Part shown: piece by piece, positions 40,061 to 40,115 of the stretch | Layout: every line of letters starts with the position of its first letter | How positions within the stretch are numbered: position 1 is the stretch's first letter | DNA from: Octopus bimaculoides | Taxonomy: Eukaryota | Direction of reading: 5' to 3' | Assembly: GCF_001194135.2 (NCBI RefSeq) | Contig: NC_068993.1 | Coordinates: 11,740,844 to 11,780,958, forward strand | Length of the DNA: 40,115 nt | Notes under the pieces: model-generated | Seen by the model: the letters and a program-made list of their open reading frames with translations, nothing else | The model's database searches: none | What the model was told of the DNA's origin: nothing | Made by a program: the position numbers and the translations under genes

Positions 40061-40115
<55 letters not shown>
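39823..40115. repeat. (CTAT)n, (CT)n and terminal (TA)n microsatellites
   Basis: Directly visible. Confidence 0.97.

Overview
AT-rich, repeat-dominated eukaryotic draft-assembly DNA with 8 N-gaps, most flanked by microsatellites. The repeat families resemble those of octopus genomes; this is inferred from recalled family sequences, not from a database search. No intact host protein-coding gene is recognisable, and the long ORFs in the track are microsatellite or gap read-throughs. The window holds many tRNA-headed SINE copies from about 4-5 families, five decayed fragments of RLE-type (R4/Dong-like) non-LTR retrotransposons, one possible further LINE RT remnant, a Helentron/HINE-like non-autonomous element and a 43-bp-arm foldback. 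It also holds a decayed palindromic-motif array and one CpG-rich island with an ETS/YY1-like motif near 38.4 kb. I see no convincing new biological system. The best leads concern TE biology: (TAA)n-associated R4-like insertions, SINE modularity and tandem stacking, the HINE-like element, and the unexplained CpG island.
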